Assembly (NCBI GenBank): GCA_027023445.1
Contig: JALVVK010000126.1
Location: forward strand, 4,740 to 68,739
Source of the DNA: Deltaproteobacteria bacterium
GTDB lineage: Bacteria; Desulfobacterota; Dissulfuribacteria; Dissulfuribacterales; JALVPX01
Reading direction: 5' to 3'
Length of the DNA: 64,000 nt
Below, piece after piece: positions 8,999 to 18,681 of this stretch (positions are counted from its first letter, which is position 1; each line of letters opens with the position of its first letter). The notes beneath the pieces are model-generated. The model was not told where the DNA came from and did not search any database. It saw nothing but the letters and a program-made list of their open reading frames with translations. The translations under genes and the position numbers were made by a program.

Positions 8999-10418
8999 CT
9001 TTTTTAATCCCGAGTGTCTCAGCATCATTGGCGATTGGCAGGTAAATTATGAAGGTTGTACCAATATTTTCCTTGCTCTTCACCTCTATATAACCACCAT
9101 GTTTCTTGATTATTCCATAAACAATGGACAAACCCAGTCCGGTACCCTTCCCTACCGGCTTGGTGGTAAAAAATGGTTCAAATATATGCTCAAGTTTTTC
9201 CGCAGGTATTCCCTTACCAGTGTCGGAAAAACGGATTATTACGTAACCGTTCCTTGCTTCTCCATGAACATCTATAAGGCCGCCATCAGAGATGGCATGC
9301 ATTGAATTCAAAAACAAATTCACAAACACCTGCTGAAGCTTCTGCGCATCTCCCCGAATGAGCGGAAGTGATTCAGGAATATAATCTTCAAACTCAATAT
9401 GCTGTATTTTCAATTGATTACGCACCAAGTCCGCTGACTTCCTCACAACATCCTTTATGTTCAACAACTGGCTGGACGGAGGGCTTTTGCGACAAAAATC
9501 AAGCAGGTTACGCACCACAAGGCTTGCCCTTTCATCTTCATCAATAATATCCTGAATCATTTCAAGGATCTCCTCGCGGGACAGGGTATCGTATTCTTCC
9601 AGCAAGGTGTCGGCAGTTAATGATATGTTGTTAAGCGGGTTGTTAAGCTCATGGGCTATCCCGGAAGAAAAAGTACCGATGGCCGCAAGTTTTTTGGCCT
9701 GAAGGAGTTGTTCCTGCTTATTGTCAATTTCCTCTACCATCTTATTAAATGCCTGTATAAGGCTTGAAATTTCATCTGTTCCTGACGCGTTTTCCTTAAT
9801 AGGGACGAATTGGCCAAGGGCTACGGCCCTGGTTGCCTTCTGCACCTTGGCAAGACGTCTGAGGATATTTTTGGTCTGCACGTGAAACACCAGCAGGATA
9901 AACATGAATCCACCTGCGGTTGCCATAATGAAGCCATACATGGTTAAATGCAGTTTTTTATGAATACTTTCTCTCTTGGCTTTCAGAAGTTGATCCGTAA
10001 AATCGACCAGCCTTTTGCCCAGTTTGCGTATCTCCTCTATGTTGGCATTGGAAATTCGGGGATGACCCTCAATAAGCTTTTCATATTGTTTGATTGTATA
10101 CTGAAAATTCAAAAACTCCTTTTTCCCCATGGTGGTCAGGAGTTCCCTCGAAAAATAGTTCGTATCCTTGTTGATGGCATACAGATAATGCGCTATCTGA
10201 TGCAGGGAGTGGGGGTCATGTTCATAAAGAAAATTTTTTTCAAACCGCCTCAGCTCCAGAACATTATTGGAAAGCTTGTAAATATCCTCCATCATGTAGA
10301 AATCTGACTTCAACGCCGAGATGTTCAGGGCATAGACGGTCGCAAGGCATACTGCGAAAAGAAAAACCACCGCGAAAATCAGCAGAAGCCTGTGCCTTAT
10401 GGTGCTGTTAAAAAACAT
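8976..10418 (-). CDS. Membrane sensor histidine kinase with HAMP domain
   Basis: Two TM helices, [27 protein letters not shown]. Confidence 0.95.
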   Translation of the reverse strand: MFFNSTIRHRLLLIFAVVFLFAVCLATVYALNISALKSDFYMMEDIYKLSNNVLELRRFEKNFLYEHDPHSLHQIAHYLYAINKDTNYFSRELLTTMGKKEFLNFQYTIKQYEKLIEGHPRISNANIEEIRKLGKRLVDFTDQLLKAKRESIHKKLHLTMYGFIMATAGGFMFILLVFHVQTKNILRRLAKVQKATRAVALGQFVPIKENASGTDEISSLIQAFNKMVEEIDNKQEQLLQAKKLAAIGTFSSGIAHELNNPLNNISLTADTLLEEYDTLSREEILEMIQDIIDEDERASLVVRNLLDFCRKSPPSSQLLNIKDVVRKSADLVRNQLKIQHIEFEDYIPESLPLIRGDAQKLQQVFVNLFLNSMHAISDGGLIDVHGEARNGYVIIRFSDTGKGIPAEKLEHIFEPFFTTKPVGKGTGLGLSIVYGIIKKHGGYIEVKSKENIGTTFIIYLPIANDAETLGIKKDDTDSSN

Positions 10419-10632
10419 TTCCAACCTTTTAAACTAACCAGAAACCATATCAAAAAGTTGTCAGGCTCGGTCAACACGGCAAAAGACAACAAATCTATTT
10501 CTAACAGAATTAAAAATATAATCCAAATTAAACGAATATGCCATGAGACCTAATTGTTTTTTGATCAGCAAGGTGGAGATAAAGGATAAAAATAGTAAAT
10601 CAAGGAATCCAGCCACCTTGTCCTGAAGACGT

Positions 10633-11286
10633 TCACCGGTTTATATCTTTTTTCAGGGTGATAAACCTCTCCAGCATGTTGTGCCAGTAAGGGGCCCCCA
10701 CACTGATCATGCACGCAGTGAGAAGCCGTTCAACAACATCTATATGCTGGATGTTAGGTTCCCACATCTGGAATTCCGCCCCGGAGGCCGAAAAAAATTT
10801 GTTCATAATGGAAAAGGCATTGATTCGCAGGCACAGGCAGAGAAGAAGACTGACCGCAAACGAGGTCATCAGCATGCCTTTCTTTATCTTCCCCCCTGCC
10901 ATCTTCAGCACCTGATCTATCTTGCTGAAAATCTCGCTCTCATGTTTAATCCTGAGCCTGTATCTTTCAAGGTAGGCCAGGAATCCTTCCGGATCTTTTC
11001 GAAACAATTCAGGAAGGTCTTTCTTCGTGATCTTGGAAAAATCGGATTCAGATGAAGAAGTAATATCCCTGTCCTTCGTGATCTTGGAAGAATCGGATTC
11101 GGATGAAGAAGTAATATGGATGTCTTCAAGACTGAGTTTTGCCTGATTCATCGCATCAACCACCGGATTTAAAAAGACAGTGCGCGCGATAAACAAATTT
11201 TTAAGGCTGGTATTGATAGATTTTACTATTATACACAATACTGTCATCCAGATAAAAAAGGCTATCGATGCGTCTAACAAGGGCAT
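10633..11286 (-). CDS. Hypothetical membrane protein with an internal 17-aa duplication
   Basis: Hydrophobic segments; C-terminal LLTACMISVGAPYW motif; GGGAGG RBS. Confidence 0.65.
   Translation of the reverse strand: MPLLDASIAFFIWMTVLCIIVKSINTSLKNLFIARTVFLNPVVDAMNQAKLSLEDIHITSSSESDSSKITKDRDITSSSESDFSKITKKDLPELFRKDPEGFLAYLERYRLRIKHESEIFSKIDQVLKMAGGKIKKGMLMTSFAVSLLLCLCLRINAFSIMNKFFSASGAEFQMWEPNIQHIDVVERLLTACMISVGAPYWHNMLERFITLKKDINR
11023..11117. repeat. Intragenic direct repeat, period 51 bp
   Basis: Two 44-bp copies at 11023 and 11074 with 2 mismatches, encoding ITSSSESD(S/F)SKITK twice. Confidence 0.9.
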
Positions 11287-11487
11287 TGGGCGCTGCCTCC
11301 CTGGTAAAAAATTGACAGAAGACCTATTACTTCTTTTTTAGCATAAACAGCCTTGCCAGAACAGGGGGAATATGGTTTGGCCGGCGTTTCAGGCTCACTG
11401 CCTTGAGGCCAGGATCATCCAGGCGCATGTTTCAGTGACCAGTGCGTCCCCCGCAAAAACGGTGACAGGCACGGGATTACCTCATCA

Positions 11488-11516
11488 TTGACATACCAGA
11501 GGCATGTGTATATAAG
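11488..11516 (+). promoter_or_regulatory. sigma70-type promoter upstream of ddl
   Basis: TTGACA-N17-TATAAG. Confidence 0.55.
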
Positions 11517-11608
11517 GCAGCGCGCCAGGATCCTGCGACATCTTGCCCGCCACCTGTAAAACCGCTGTGATAAATTCCGCTATAAACGCATTACTACGCA
11601 TGAACAAG

Positions 11609-11686
11609 CCCGGATTATGCAGCACGCAAGTAGGTCATAATTTAATAAAATTCCTTTCTTCAGACATTTGAAGTGCATAATCCGGC
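11609..11686. mobile_element. MITE-like element with 12-bp terminal inverted repeats
   Basis: CCGGATTATGCA (11610-11621) / TGCATAATCCGG (11674-11685) around an AT-rich core; the terminal motif recurs at 7537, 31778, 55286 and 62879. Confidence 0.55.
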
Positions 11687-11790
11687 ATAAAACATTTTCA
11701 TAAAACTTTAGCCATGGTAACCTAAAGGATAATATGTTTCATACTGCAAACTTCCGGTTCATACCGGGATCTTTCTACAGGGAGTATGAG

Positions 11791-12750
11791 ATGCAAACAA
11801 TACACAAAATCAGACTGGCGCTGATCTGTGGAGGGACATCAGCCGAACGGGAAATTTCTCTTAAGGGGGCGCAAGAAGTAGAAAAGGCCCTTGATCCCAC
11901 CCGATATACCGTTACCAGATATGACCCCGCCTCAGATCTTGAAAAACTCGTCAGGGATTCAGACAACCTTGATGCCGCCTTTATTCTGTTACACGGCCGC
12001 CATGGCGAGGACGGCACTATCCAGGGGCTGCTCGATCTCATCGGGATTCCATATCAGGGATCGGGTGTTCTGGGAAGCGCCCTTGCCATGGACAAGCATA
12101 TGTCAAAGATTATTTATCAGAATGCCGGAATACCTACCCCTGAATGGATATACTTGGAAAAGACCGACCCGATAGACACCAGGACGATCATCACCCGACT
12201 GGGACTTCCTCTTATGGTCAAGCCATGCGTCCAAGGTTCCAGCGTTGGCATGAGCAGGGTGGAGGAAGAATCGGAACTGGAAAAAGCGATAATCGAAGCC
12301 CTTAAATGGGACAACTGCGTCCTGGTGGAATCCTGTCTGATCGGGCGGGAACTAACAGGAGGCGTTCTTGGAGACCCCAACCCTGAGCCTTTACCCCTGG
12401 TGGAAATCATCCCTGGGGATGACTTTGATTTCTTCGACTATGTTGCCAAATACCAGCCTGGCGCCACAAGGGAAATATGTCCGGCTGAGGTCACGGAAGC
12501 CATTGCCTCCAGGGCCAGGGACCTTGCGCTTAAAGCACATAATGCACTACGTCTTAGGGCATACAGCCGTACGGACATGATACTCACAGGGGACGACAGA
12601 TTATTTGTCCTGGAAACCAACACAATCCCGGGAATGACCCCCACAAGCCTTTTTCCGCAGGCCGCCCGGGCAGCAGGCATCCCCTTTGCCCGATTACTGG
12701 ATCGCCTTATAAAAATGGCGCTCGGAGCAAAAAACTGGCAGACAGGATAA
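11791..12750 (+). CDS. ddl: D-alanine--D-alanine ligase
   Basis: GGTSAEREISL, LHGRHGEDGTIQG, GSSVG, FFDYVAKY, LETNTIPGMT. Confidence 0.95.
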   Translation: MQTIHKIRLALICGGTSAEREISLKGAQEVEKALDPTRYTVTRYDPASDLEKLVRDSDNLDAAFILLHGRHGEDGTIQGLLDLIGIPYQGSGVLGSALAMDKHMSKIIYQNAGIPTPEWIYLEKTDPIDTRTIITRLGLPLMVKPCVQGSSVGMSRVEEESELEKAIIEALKWDNCVLVESCLIGRELTGGVLGDPNPEPLPLVEIIPGDDFDFFDYVAKYQPGATREICPAEVTEAIASRARDLALKAHNALRLRAYSRTDMILTGDDRLFVLETNTIPGMTPTSLFPQAARAAGIPFARLLDRLIKMALGAKNWQTG

Positions 12751-12825
12751 CCGCCATGCAGGCCCCTGCCAATATCAGCCGGTTAACTGGATTTTTCCAT
12801 TCCATGGTTTTATAGTTAAGATTAC

Positions 12826-13386
12826 ATGATAAAATCACTAAAAAAATTCATACTGATATTAATCCTCGCCTGCGCAGTTTATCAGGCAGGCCAACAGGCC
12901 TTGGCCATGGAGGCAAACATGGATCTCTCTTCTCCAGCCTTTTCAGACCATGGACAAATTCCAATCAAATATACCATGCCAGGGGCAGGAGGCAGCAACA
13001 TCTCCCCGCCCCTCACCTGGACAACCCCGCCCCGGGGCACCAAATCCCTTGCCCTCGTTGTAATCGATATACACCCGGTGGCCAGGAACTGGATCCACTG
13101 GGTGGTGATTGACATTCCCCCTTCGGTAACAGGCCTGGCAGAAGGCGCCTCCGGAGTATCCATGCCTGAAGGAGCAAGGGAACTCATAAATTCCTTTGGA
13201 AAAACCGGATACGGAGGGCCACTGCCACCGCCCGGAACAGGTGACCATCCCTATGTCTTCACGCTGTACGCACTGGACGTGCAGTCCCTGAATCTTCCGG
13301 ACAGGGCTTCACTACAAAAAATTCATCAGGCAATCAAAGGCCACGTATTGACTGAAACCAGTATAACGGGATATTTTGGCCGATAA
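12826..13386 (+). CDS. YbhB/YbcL family (PEBP/Raf kinase inhibitor-like) exported protein
   Basis: Signal peptide, NISPPLTW, WIHWVV, GYGGPLPPPGTGDHPYVF. Confidence 0.9.
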   Translation: MIKSLKKFILILILACAVYQAGQQALAMEANMDLSSPAFSDHGQIPIKYTMPGAGGSNISPPLTWTTPPRGTKSLALVVIDIHPVARNWIHWVVIDIPPSVTGLAEGASGVSMPEGARELINSFGKTGYGGPLPPPGTGDHPYVFTLYALDVQSLNLPDRASLQKIHQAIKGHVLTETSITGYFGR

Positions 13387-13416
13387 AAATGAATTATCTC
13401 ACAAAAAGGTAAAATA

Positions 13417-13716
13417 ATGGCACTTACACCCAAAAGCAAAGGGCAAAAAGGACATCACACATACCGCCTCATCCCACCTTCCCCGGCGCCTCAGATCGGC
13501 AGCCGGATCGTATGTCCCAAATGCGGAAACGACTGGCACTTTTATGAAATCGCTGAAAACGTCATGCTGACCACACGGTACATCCAAAACCCGGATGGGA
13601 GTTTCACCCCTCAAAGTGACGAATCCTGCATACTCGGTGAAGTGAAACTCTACTGCGCCGAATGCCAGGAAGACCTCAGCAGGTTCCATCACCGGCTGGT
13701 AGAGATGTTGTTTTGA
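13417..13716 (+). CDS. Small Zn-ribbon protein
   Basis: CPKCGN ... CAECQ; stop overlaps the next start (TTGA). Confidence 0.75.
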   Translation: MALTPKSKGQKGHHTYRLIPPSPAPQIGSRIVCPKCGNDWHFYEIAENVMLTTRYIQNPDGSFTPQSDESCILGEVKLYCAECQEDLSRFHHRLVEMLF

Positions 13717-14495
13717 ACACTAACCGCAAAAGATTGATTATCAGAGACAATCACTCCTTCAGGGCCAACATCCACCAGCTTTCCCGGGGTGACGTACTAA
13801 TAGGGCTTCTGAATATCAAACCCACAGAAGAGGTTCTGTTCCTTGATCTGGTGGAACGGGGTGTGATCATGTACCCGTCGGCCCTTGCCCAGCAGATCAG
13901 CCGGTCAAAATGCCTGCAGGCCATGGTATACGAGGAATGGATGATTCCCCTGACCTTTGTAGCCAGGGACAGACATGACATGATCAGAAACATAGACCGT
14001 TATGCCGGGCATGGGGTCGGCCGGATCATAACAAAGCAGAACCGGCATAACTGCGGCATTGGCATACATATCTGGCCATCCATTGAAGACGTATATAACC
14101 AGGCATGCTTTGGATCGCTGTCATATCCCTTTGTGGTTCAGCCCTTTGTGGAGACATCCCTTGACGTACGGGTCATAATCATGGGGGATTATACAGAGGC
14201 ATACTGGCGCAAAAATACCCACTGCTTTCGAAACAACCTGTATTTTGGGGGCGACAGCGATCAATATGAGCTTTCTGGGCAGCAAATGGAACTTTGCCAA
14301 CAAGCGATGAACAGAGGCAAATTCCCATATGCCCATCTGGATCTTATGGTTACAACCACAGGAGAGACCTATCTTGCGGAAATCAACCTGCGCGGAGGGC
14401 TGAAGGGTGCGGCCATATCAACCCCTGAATACAAAAAACGAATAAAGGACCTGGAAGATAATTTTCTCAGATCCCTTGATCACTCGAGCAGGTAA
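13713..14495 (+). CDS. RimK/LysX-like ATP-grasp ligase
   Basis: SRSKCLQ, IITK...GIGIH, VVQPFV, DVRVII, FRNNLYFGG, HLDL, EINL; TTG start coupled to the upstream stop. Confidence 0.8.
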   Translation: MNTNRKRLIIRDNHSFRANIHQLSRGDVLIGLLNIKPTEEVLFLDLVERGVIMYPSALAQQISRSKCLQAMVYEEWMIPLTFVARDRHDMIRNIDRYAGHGVGRIITKQNRHNCGIGIHIWPSIEDVYNQACFGSLSYPFVVQPFVETSLDVRVIIMGDYTEAYWRKNTHCFRNNLYFGGDSDQYELSGQQMELCQQAMNRGKFPYAHLDLMVTTTGETYLAEINLRGGLKGAAISTPEYKKRIKDLEDNFLRSLDHSSR

Positions 14496-16108
14496 AGCAG
14501 GGTTTGCCGCCTTTCTTTTTCATCTTGTCTGACAACAGCGGCCAAAAGCCGTCCTTTGCCGTCAAAAGACAGGCCACAGATTGATCCCTTTACAGACAAA
14601 GAGACCGTAGACACGGAATATCTCGCACCTGACCAGAAAAGTGCCAGTATGCGGCCATGCCCTTCCGGCCCGTTGCTGCCTCCGAATATAACCTCTCGCC
14701 TCCCATCTCCATTGACATCAAAAGATATAAGACGTGTAAACTGCGAGGGCACATCCCCAGGGAGCAGCTTTAAATCTATGGTGGACAGGAGATTACCAGA
14801 TTCGTATATCCTGAGTTCGTGTTTAGAAACCAGGGTTACAAGCTCCGGTTTGCCGTTACCGTTAAGATCGCACCACAGAGAACGGGTAACATTAAAAAGA
14901 GCGGGCAGATTCAGACGTCCTCTGTAGTAAATTCCCCCTGCATCAGGCTCAGCCAGGTACACGTCATGAGCAAACCCTGTCTCCAGGCCAAAGCCCTGGG
15001 CGAGAAGGGATTCAGCTACTCCGTCCCCATCACGGTCAACAAAGGAAAGCCACAGGTTAATATCATCCTGTACCGTTACAAGCTGGCTTCCCGTATATCT
15101 CAGCAACACGGATCTCATACCGATTCCGGGCATGAGGATATTAAGAACAACCATGCCCGAACAACATGAAAATCCCTGGGGAACCCCTGGCCCCTGAAAC
15201 CTGTAAGCGGCCATGACACCATGATCCCTGAAGGGATATACGTAAAGACCGGTATTGGTAAGATAGATGGTCTGGAGGTCCCCGTCTCCGGCAAGGTCAA
15301 AAACCATTACCTGCAGGGCGCCGGCAGAAAGAAGACCAAGCGGTCTTGCCTTTTTCCAGCGCAATCCCGTAGGATTAAAAGAAACGGGCGGGATGCTCCC
15401 GGCCGGTTTCGCAATATGCCTTTTCGGTTGTTCAGGTTTCTCCGCAACAGGCATCGACAAGGGAAAGGATCTCAATAACCTTTTGCCTGGCCCATAGAGA
15501 TCGAGCCTCCGGGCCTCAAGCACGAAGGTAAGGGCATTTTTTGCCTGAGTACCTCTGCTGCCCTCCCGCGCCCAAACGATATAAGGCAGATCACGCATCA
15601 ACCGTTTCCTCAGCCTGACCGCGGCCGCATGATCGGTCCTTGAGGTAAAAAAGGCCTTTACATCTTCATACCTGATTGCGGAAAAACCGGAAAGAACAGG
15701 GGATTTTGAGGTCAGTACCCGGCACCGACAGCTGGACTTCTTCACCGAAGCAACCTGTACCAGGGCAATGGGTCGCCTCAGGAATCCAAGCTTTTGACCG
15801 GTTTCCGGGTCTGAAACCGGACGCCCCCTTTCATATACAGTAAAGAGATCTCCCTGATGTATATCACAGCCCGGCTCATAGGAAAGAGTAATAGAACCAT
15901 CTTCAGAAACGGAAACGACCGTGGCCTCCACCGGTTCCAGGGTCCTTATCAGTTGATCGTAGGTATCCTGATCAAGGAGCTGAGAAAAAACATTAGACGG
16001 CGCAAGCGCCAGGACAAAAAACAATAAAAAACAAACAGCAGTTCGGAGGAACAGGCAAAAAGGGGAAAACAGAACGGGAGAAATAGGTTTAAAAGCTGAT
16101 TTGGACAT
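14480..16108 (-). CDS. Exported protein with FG-GAP/VCBS-like repeats
   Basis: Signal sequence; repeated DLAGDG, DRDGDG, DLNGNGKPEL, DVNGDGRREV motifs. Confidence 0.75.
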   Translation of the reverse strand: MSKSAFKPISPVLFSPFCLFLRTAVCFLLFFVLALAPSNVFSQLLDQDTYDQLIRTLEPVEATVVSVSEDGSITLSYEPGCDIHQGDLFTVYERGRPVSDPETGQKLGFLRRPIALVQVASVKKSSCRCRVLTSKSPVLSGFSAIRYEDVKAFFTSRTDHAAAVRLRKRLMRDLPYIVWAREGSRGTQAKNALTFVLEARRLDLYGPGKRLLRSFPLSMPVAEKPEQPKRHIAKPAGSIPPVSFNPTGLRWKKARPLGLLSAGALQVMVFDLAGDGDLQTIYLTNTGLYVYPFRDHGVMAAYRFQGPGVPQGFSCCSGMVVLNILMPGIGMRSVLLRYTGSQLVTVQDDINLWLSFVDRDGDGVAESLLAQGFGLETGFAHDVYLAEPDAGGIYYRGRLNLPALFNVTRSLWCDLNGNGKPELVTLVSKHELRIYESGNLLSTIDLKLLPGDVPSQFTRLISFDVNGDGRREVIFGGSNGPEGHGRILALFWSGARYSVSTVSLSVKGSICGLSFDGKGRLLAAVVRQDEKERRQTLLYLLE

Positions 16109-16124
16109 AGATCCTGATTCAGAC

Positions 16125-16158
16125 AAAAAAGGCCCTTACCTTTTTAAGGCAAGGGCCT
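16125..16158 (-). terminator. Rho-independent terminator of dsrC
   Basis: Minus strand AGGCCCTTGCCTT-AAA-AAGGTAAGGGCCT followed by a T run. Confidence 0.8.
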
Positions 16159-16196
16159 CTATCTTAAATAAAACCAAATTACAGGGCGATCAACCC

Positions 16197-16517
16197 CTAT
16201 ACGCAACCGGTAGGTTTGGGCAGACCGGCCATCTTACAAGCTCCCTTACCAGGTCCTGAGGGGAACAGCTCATAGATCTTTTTCAGGGGATAACCGGTAG
16301 TCTTGGAAAGAATACGGACCATGGGAGCGATCCCGTTCTTCTTGAAGTAGTCCTGCAGCACGTTGATGATCTTCCAGTGATCGTCATTCAGCTCAGAGAT
16401 ACCCTCCAATTCCTTGACGTATTCAACCCATTCCTTGCTCCACTCTTCCATACCTTTGGCCAGGAAGCCGTCCTCGTCTACCTCGAAAGTCTTCCCTTTG
16501 TACTCAACTGTTGCCAT
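16197..16517 (-). CDS. dsrC: DsrC sulfur carrier (TusE/DsrC family, two C-terminal Cys)
   Basis: VDEDGFL, APMVRILSK, LFPSGPGKGACKMAGLPKPTGCV; GGAGG RBS. Confidence 0.95.
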   Translation of the reverse strand: MATVEYKGKTFEVDEDGFLAKGMEEWSKEWVEYVKELEGISELNDDHWKIINVLQDYFKKNGIAPMVRILSKTTGYPLKKIYELFPSGPGKGACKMAGLPKPTGCV

Positions 16518-16687
16518 ATTTTCCTCCTTTGAGATTCGTTACAAATCATGGCGAAAATCTTAATGTTGGTTCATACTATAAGGTGATTTCTTTGTCAAGC
16601 GGGCTTGTCTGCTTTTAGGCAAAAAAGATTTTATACAAAAAAAGCAATAAACTTAATAAGTTATTATTTAATCAAAGCTGAATAAAT

Positions 16688-18421
16688 TCACTCCCTGATT
16701 GAATGACTGTTCATTACCTCTTCCATTTGGTCTTTTGCCCATTTCAGACCCGGATCCAGTTCCAGGGCCATGCGGTACCAGACAACAGCCGCTTCTCCCA
16801 TACCCATCGCCCTGAGGTTACTGGCAATATTAGCGTAATCAATGGCAGAGCCGGGGTCAATATTAATTGCCTGCTCAAAGGCCTCGATTGCCTCAACATG
16901 TCTTCCGGTCTTGAATAAACAATATCCCATGAGATTAAAAATTTCCTTGAGGTTGGGGTTCATTTCCCGGGCCTTTTGAAGCTGCTCAAGCGCGGGAGCG
17001 TACTCACCGAGCTCCTTTAAACAAAGCCCCTTATGACAATAAATGCTGGCAAGCTCCCCCGAATCCGGATCAAGATCCAGCGCTTTTTCATACCACTTCA
17101 GCGCATCCGGATAACGCCCGGCCTTCTCCAGCACATGCCCCATATAAAAGGCCACATCGTATCTCTCTGGATAAACCTCACAAATTAAACCCAGCGTCCT
17201 GATTCCATGCTCAGGGGTGCCAAAGGTGGCGGCAATCCTTGCCGCATGAAATGCCAGATCCATGTTTATGGTCCTGTCACGAAAATGATTACCCGGAATT
17301 ACCACGTACACGGCAGGCACATTTAAAACAGGATGCGTGACATCAACCAGAAGGGGATTCAGGCCCGATTCTGACAAAACATGACAGGCGTTTTCCACCT
17401 CAGTCCGAAAATTGTCATGGCTGCAGTTGGGAAGATCATCCAGGCCAACCGTGGTAGAAGACTCAAGGACATAAGCAGCCTCGGCCAGGGTTCCAAACTT
17501 GGGAAGACCGCTTTCCACATAGCTGCCCTCCGTATCAAAATCTCCGGCAAGCTGAGCCACCTCTGTCAGAGCTCGTATCAATGCCCTTTCCGGATGCGTT
17601 GCGGTACCCGCCGTATATACAATCTCACTCCTGCTCGGATACGTGGCAGGATCCCATGCAATAACTCCCACAGTAGGAACTCCAAGCCCCAGGCTGAAAT
17701 CCTTCAGTACCACGTTCACCCCTGCCGCGCTGAATCTGTCAAGCAACAGCCTTGCATCCCCATCCGGTACCGAATCAGGATTAATAGTGGGAACACTGAG
17801 CCTCTCATAGGTAATCATGGAACATACATGACGTTCCACCACCTCACAAAGACCCTGAACAGCTGCCTCTTCCAGGGAATTACCGGCAGCCGCTCCGTTG
17901 TATTCATTAATTGGCCAGAACCAGGAAAAAGGCATATAGCACCACCTGGCCAATGAAGGCGAATAGGCTCTCACCCACTCCATGGGCAGTAAACGGACAA
18001 GCTCCTTCTCCTCCATCGAAGGCTCCGCCCCAAGGTGCAGGGCGGAAAGCATCTGCCCAAGCTCCAGGGCATCGGCTCCCAAATCCTTCATGGTGCAATT
18101 TCTGCGTACGCCTTCCCTGAGAAAACTGAAGATACTGAAACGCTCAACCAGCTCCATCACAGCGCTGGCCTTGGCCTGTTCAGGGGTAACCCCCTTGCCC
18201 ATCTGCCTGGCGGATCCGGTCAACCGGGTAGCTCCTGGCGAATAACGGCTCACATACACAGGAATACCAAGCCTTCCCTTATCAACCCTTCTGACTTCTT
18301 CGAGAACAGGCACATCCAGAGCGGAGAAACGGCTGTACACCCAGTCCAGGGTCTCAGCCGGACCTCTTGCCTTATCAAATCTTATTCCAGATTCCTTAAA
18401 GCTGTCTTTTAAAAACGTCAT
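16688..18421 (-). CDS. YcaO-like protein with C-terminal TPR repeats
   Basis: GKG...SAVMELVER, NGAAAGNSLEEA...EVVERH and RALTEVAQ motifs; about 4 TPR-like units (ALDLDP, AREMNP, AINIDP, ALELDP). Confidence 0.9.
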   Translation of the reverse strand: MTFLKDSFKESGIRFDKARGPAETLDWVYSRFSALDVPVLEEVRRVDKGRLGIPVYVSRYSPGATRLTGSARQMGKGVTPEQAKASAVMELVERFSIFSFLREGVRRNCTMKDLGADALELGQMLSALHLGAEPSMEEKELVRLLPMEWVRAYSPSLARWCYMPFSWFWPINEYNGAAAGNSLEEAAVQGLCEVVERHVCSMITYERLSVPTINPDSVPDGDARLLLDRFSAAGVNVVLKDFSLGLGVPTVGVIAWDPATYPSRSEIVYTAGTATHPERALIRALTEVAQLAGDFDTEGSYVESGLPKFGTLAEAAYVLESSTTVGLDDLPNCSHDNFRTEVENACHVLSESGLNPLLVDVTHPVLNVPAVYVVIPGNHFRDRTINMDLAFHAARIAATFGTPEHGIRTLGLICEVYPERYDVAFYMGHVLEKAGRYPDALKWYEKALDLDPDSGELASIYCHKGLCLKELGEYAPALEQLQKAREMNPNLKEIFNLMGYCLFKTGRHVEAIEAFEQAINIDPGSAIDYANIASNLRAMGMGEAAVVWYRMALELDPGLKWAKDQMEEVMNSHSIRE

Positions 18422-18681
18422 TTAAAAACCAAGATCAAGGTACACGGTGCCAGTGCACGGTACATGGTGTGAAAGGAGAATTGTTTCCCATTTCCGACAG
18501 ATACGCACGCTACAAGTTGCCAACCCGGCGGCGATACCGGCCCGCGCATCAGGTAAACCATGGAATCTCAAAATCCATTCCTGACAACATTTTACCGAAA
18601 ACACTGATGATTAACGAGGATATCCTGAACAAGCATCTTCCATGCCAGAGGGTAATTCCCCTGGCATGGCCTCTGCCTGGA

